A DNA stretch of 15,908 bases from Thermoproteota archaeon (GTDB taxonomy: Archaea; Asgardarchaeota; Jordiarchaeia; Jordiarchaeales; Freyrarchaeaceae), in assembly GCA_029258835.1 (NCBI GenBank), contig JAPDJY010000080.1:1-15908 (forward strand), read 5' to 3'. The notes under the pieces are model-generated. The model searched no databases. It was not told where the DNA came from and was given only the letters and a program-made list of their open reading frames with translations. This document shows positions 15,537 through 15,908 of the stretch, one piece after another. The position numbers were made by a program, and so were the translations under genes. Position 1 is the first letter of the stretch, and each line of letters starts with the position of its first letter.

Positions 15537-15908
15537 ATGGCTAGGATGGGACAAAGGAGGCATATGAAGAGGATAGCGGCTCCGAAGCAATGGGCTATTC
15601 CCCGTAAAACGGCAACTTGGACTGTGAAGCCGAGGCCTGGACCTCACCCCGTAGAGGAGTGTATTCCTCTTCTGATCTTGGTGCGGGACGTGTTAAAGTA
15701 TGCTACTGTCTCCCGTGAGGCAAAAAAGATCATAACTCAGGGTCAAGTTAAGGTTGACGGGCGTGTTAGGAAAGATCATAAGTTCCCGGTTGGGCTGATG
15801 GACGTCATAGAAGTCCCCATAATGGGTGAGGCATATAGGGTTTTGCCCTCAAAGAGGGGGTTCACCCTTGTGCCCATTGAGGGGGAGGAGGTAAGTTTTA
15901 AGCTCTGC
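15537..15908 (+). CDS. rps4e: 30S ribosomal protein eS4 (runs off the window end)
   Basis: MARMGQRRHMKRIAAPKQWAIPRK..WTVKPRPGPH..PL..VRDVLKYA..VKVDGRVRKDHKFPVGLMDVI. Confidence 0.95.
   Translation, partial: MARMGQRRHMKRIAAPKQWAIPRKTATWTVKPRPGPHPVEECIPLLILVRDVLKYATVSREAKKIITQGQVKVDGRVRKDHKFPVGLMDVIEVPIMGEAYRVLPSKRGFTLVPIEGEEVSFKLC

Overview
Gene-dense archaeal chromosomal window, probably from an Asgard-type lineage (inferred from a Roadblock/LC7 protein with a long tail and a eukaryote-like uL14 N-terminus MSKRGRG). In order: the end of a TRAM-domain gene, cdrS-like RHH plus ftsZ, a DUF166 gene split by a +1 frameshift, and a minus-strand run mptD - wHTH/PfkB fusion - mptE - cooC. Then come an AIR-synthase/HypE-like gene, radA, DUF447, an Icc-like metallophosphoesterase, a ~175-nt structured intergenic element, the Roadblock gene, a UbiA prenyltransferase followed by an unannotated 46-aa 8-Cys ORF, and the ribosomal cluster rpl22-rps3-rpl29-rnp1-rps17-rpl14-rpl24-rps4e (partial). 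Best leads: (1) a prfB-like +1 frameshift cassette in DUF166; (2) an orphan structured RNA resembling the omegaRNA/right end of archaeal TnpB elements, with no tnpB gene in the window; (3) the Cys-rich mini-protein behind UbiA; (4) a regulator-kinase fusion inside a pterin operon whose mptE lacks a canonical start codon. All family assignments come from motif recognition by eye, with no database searches.
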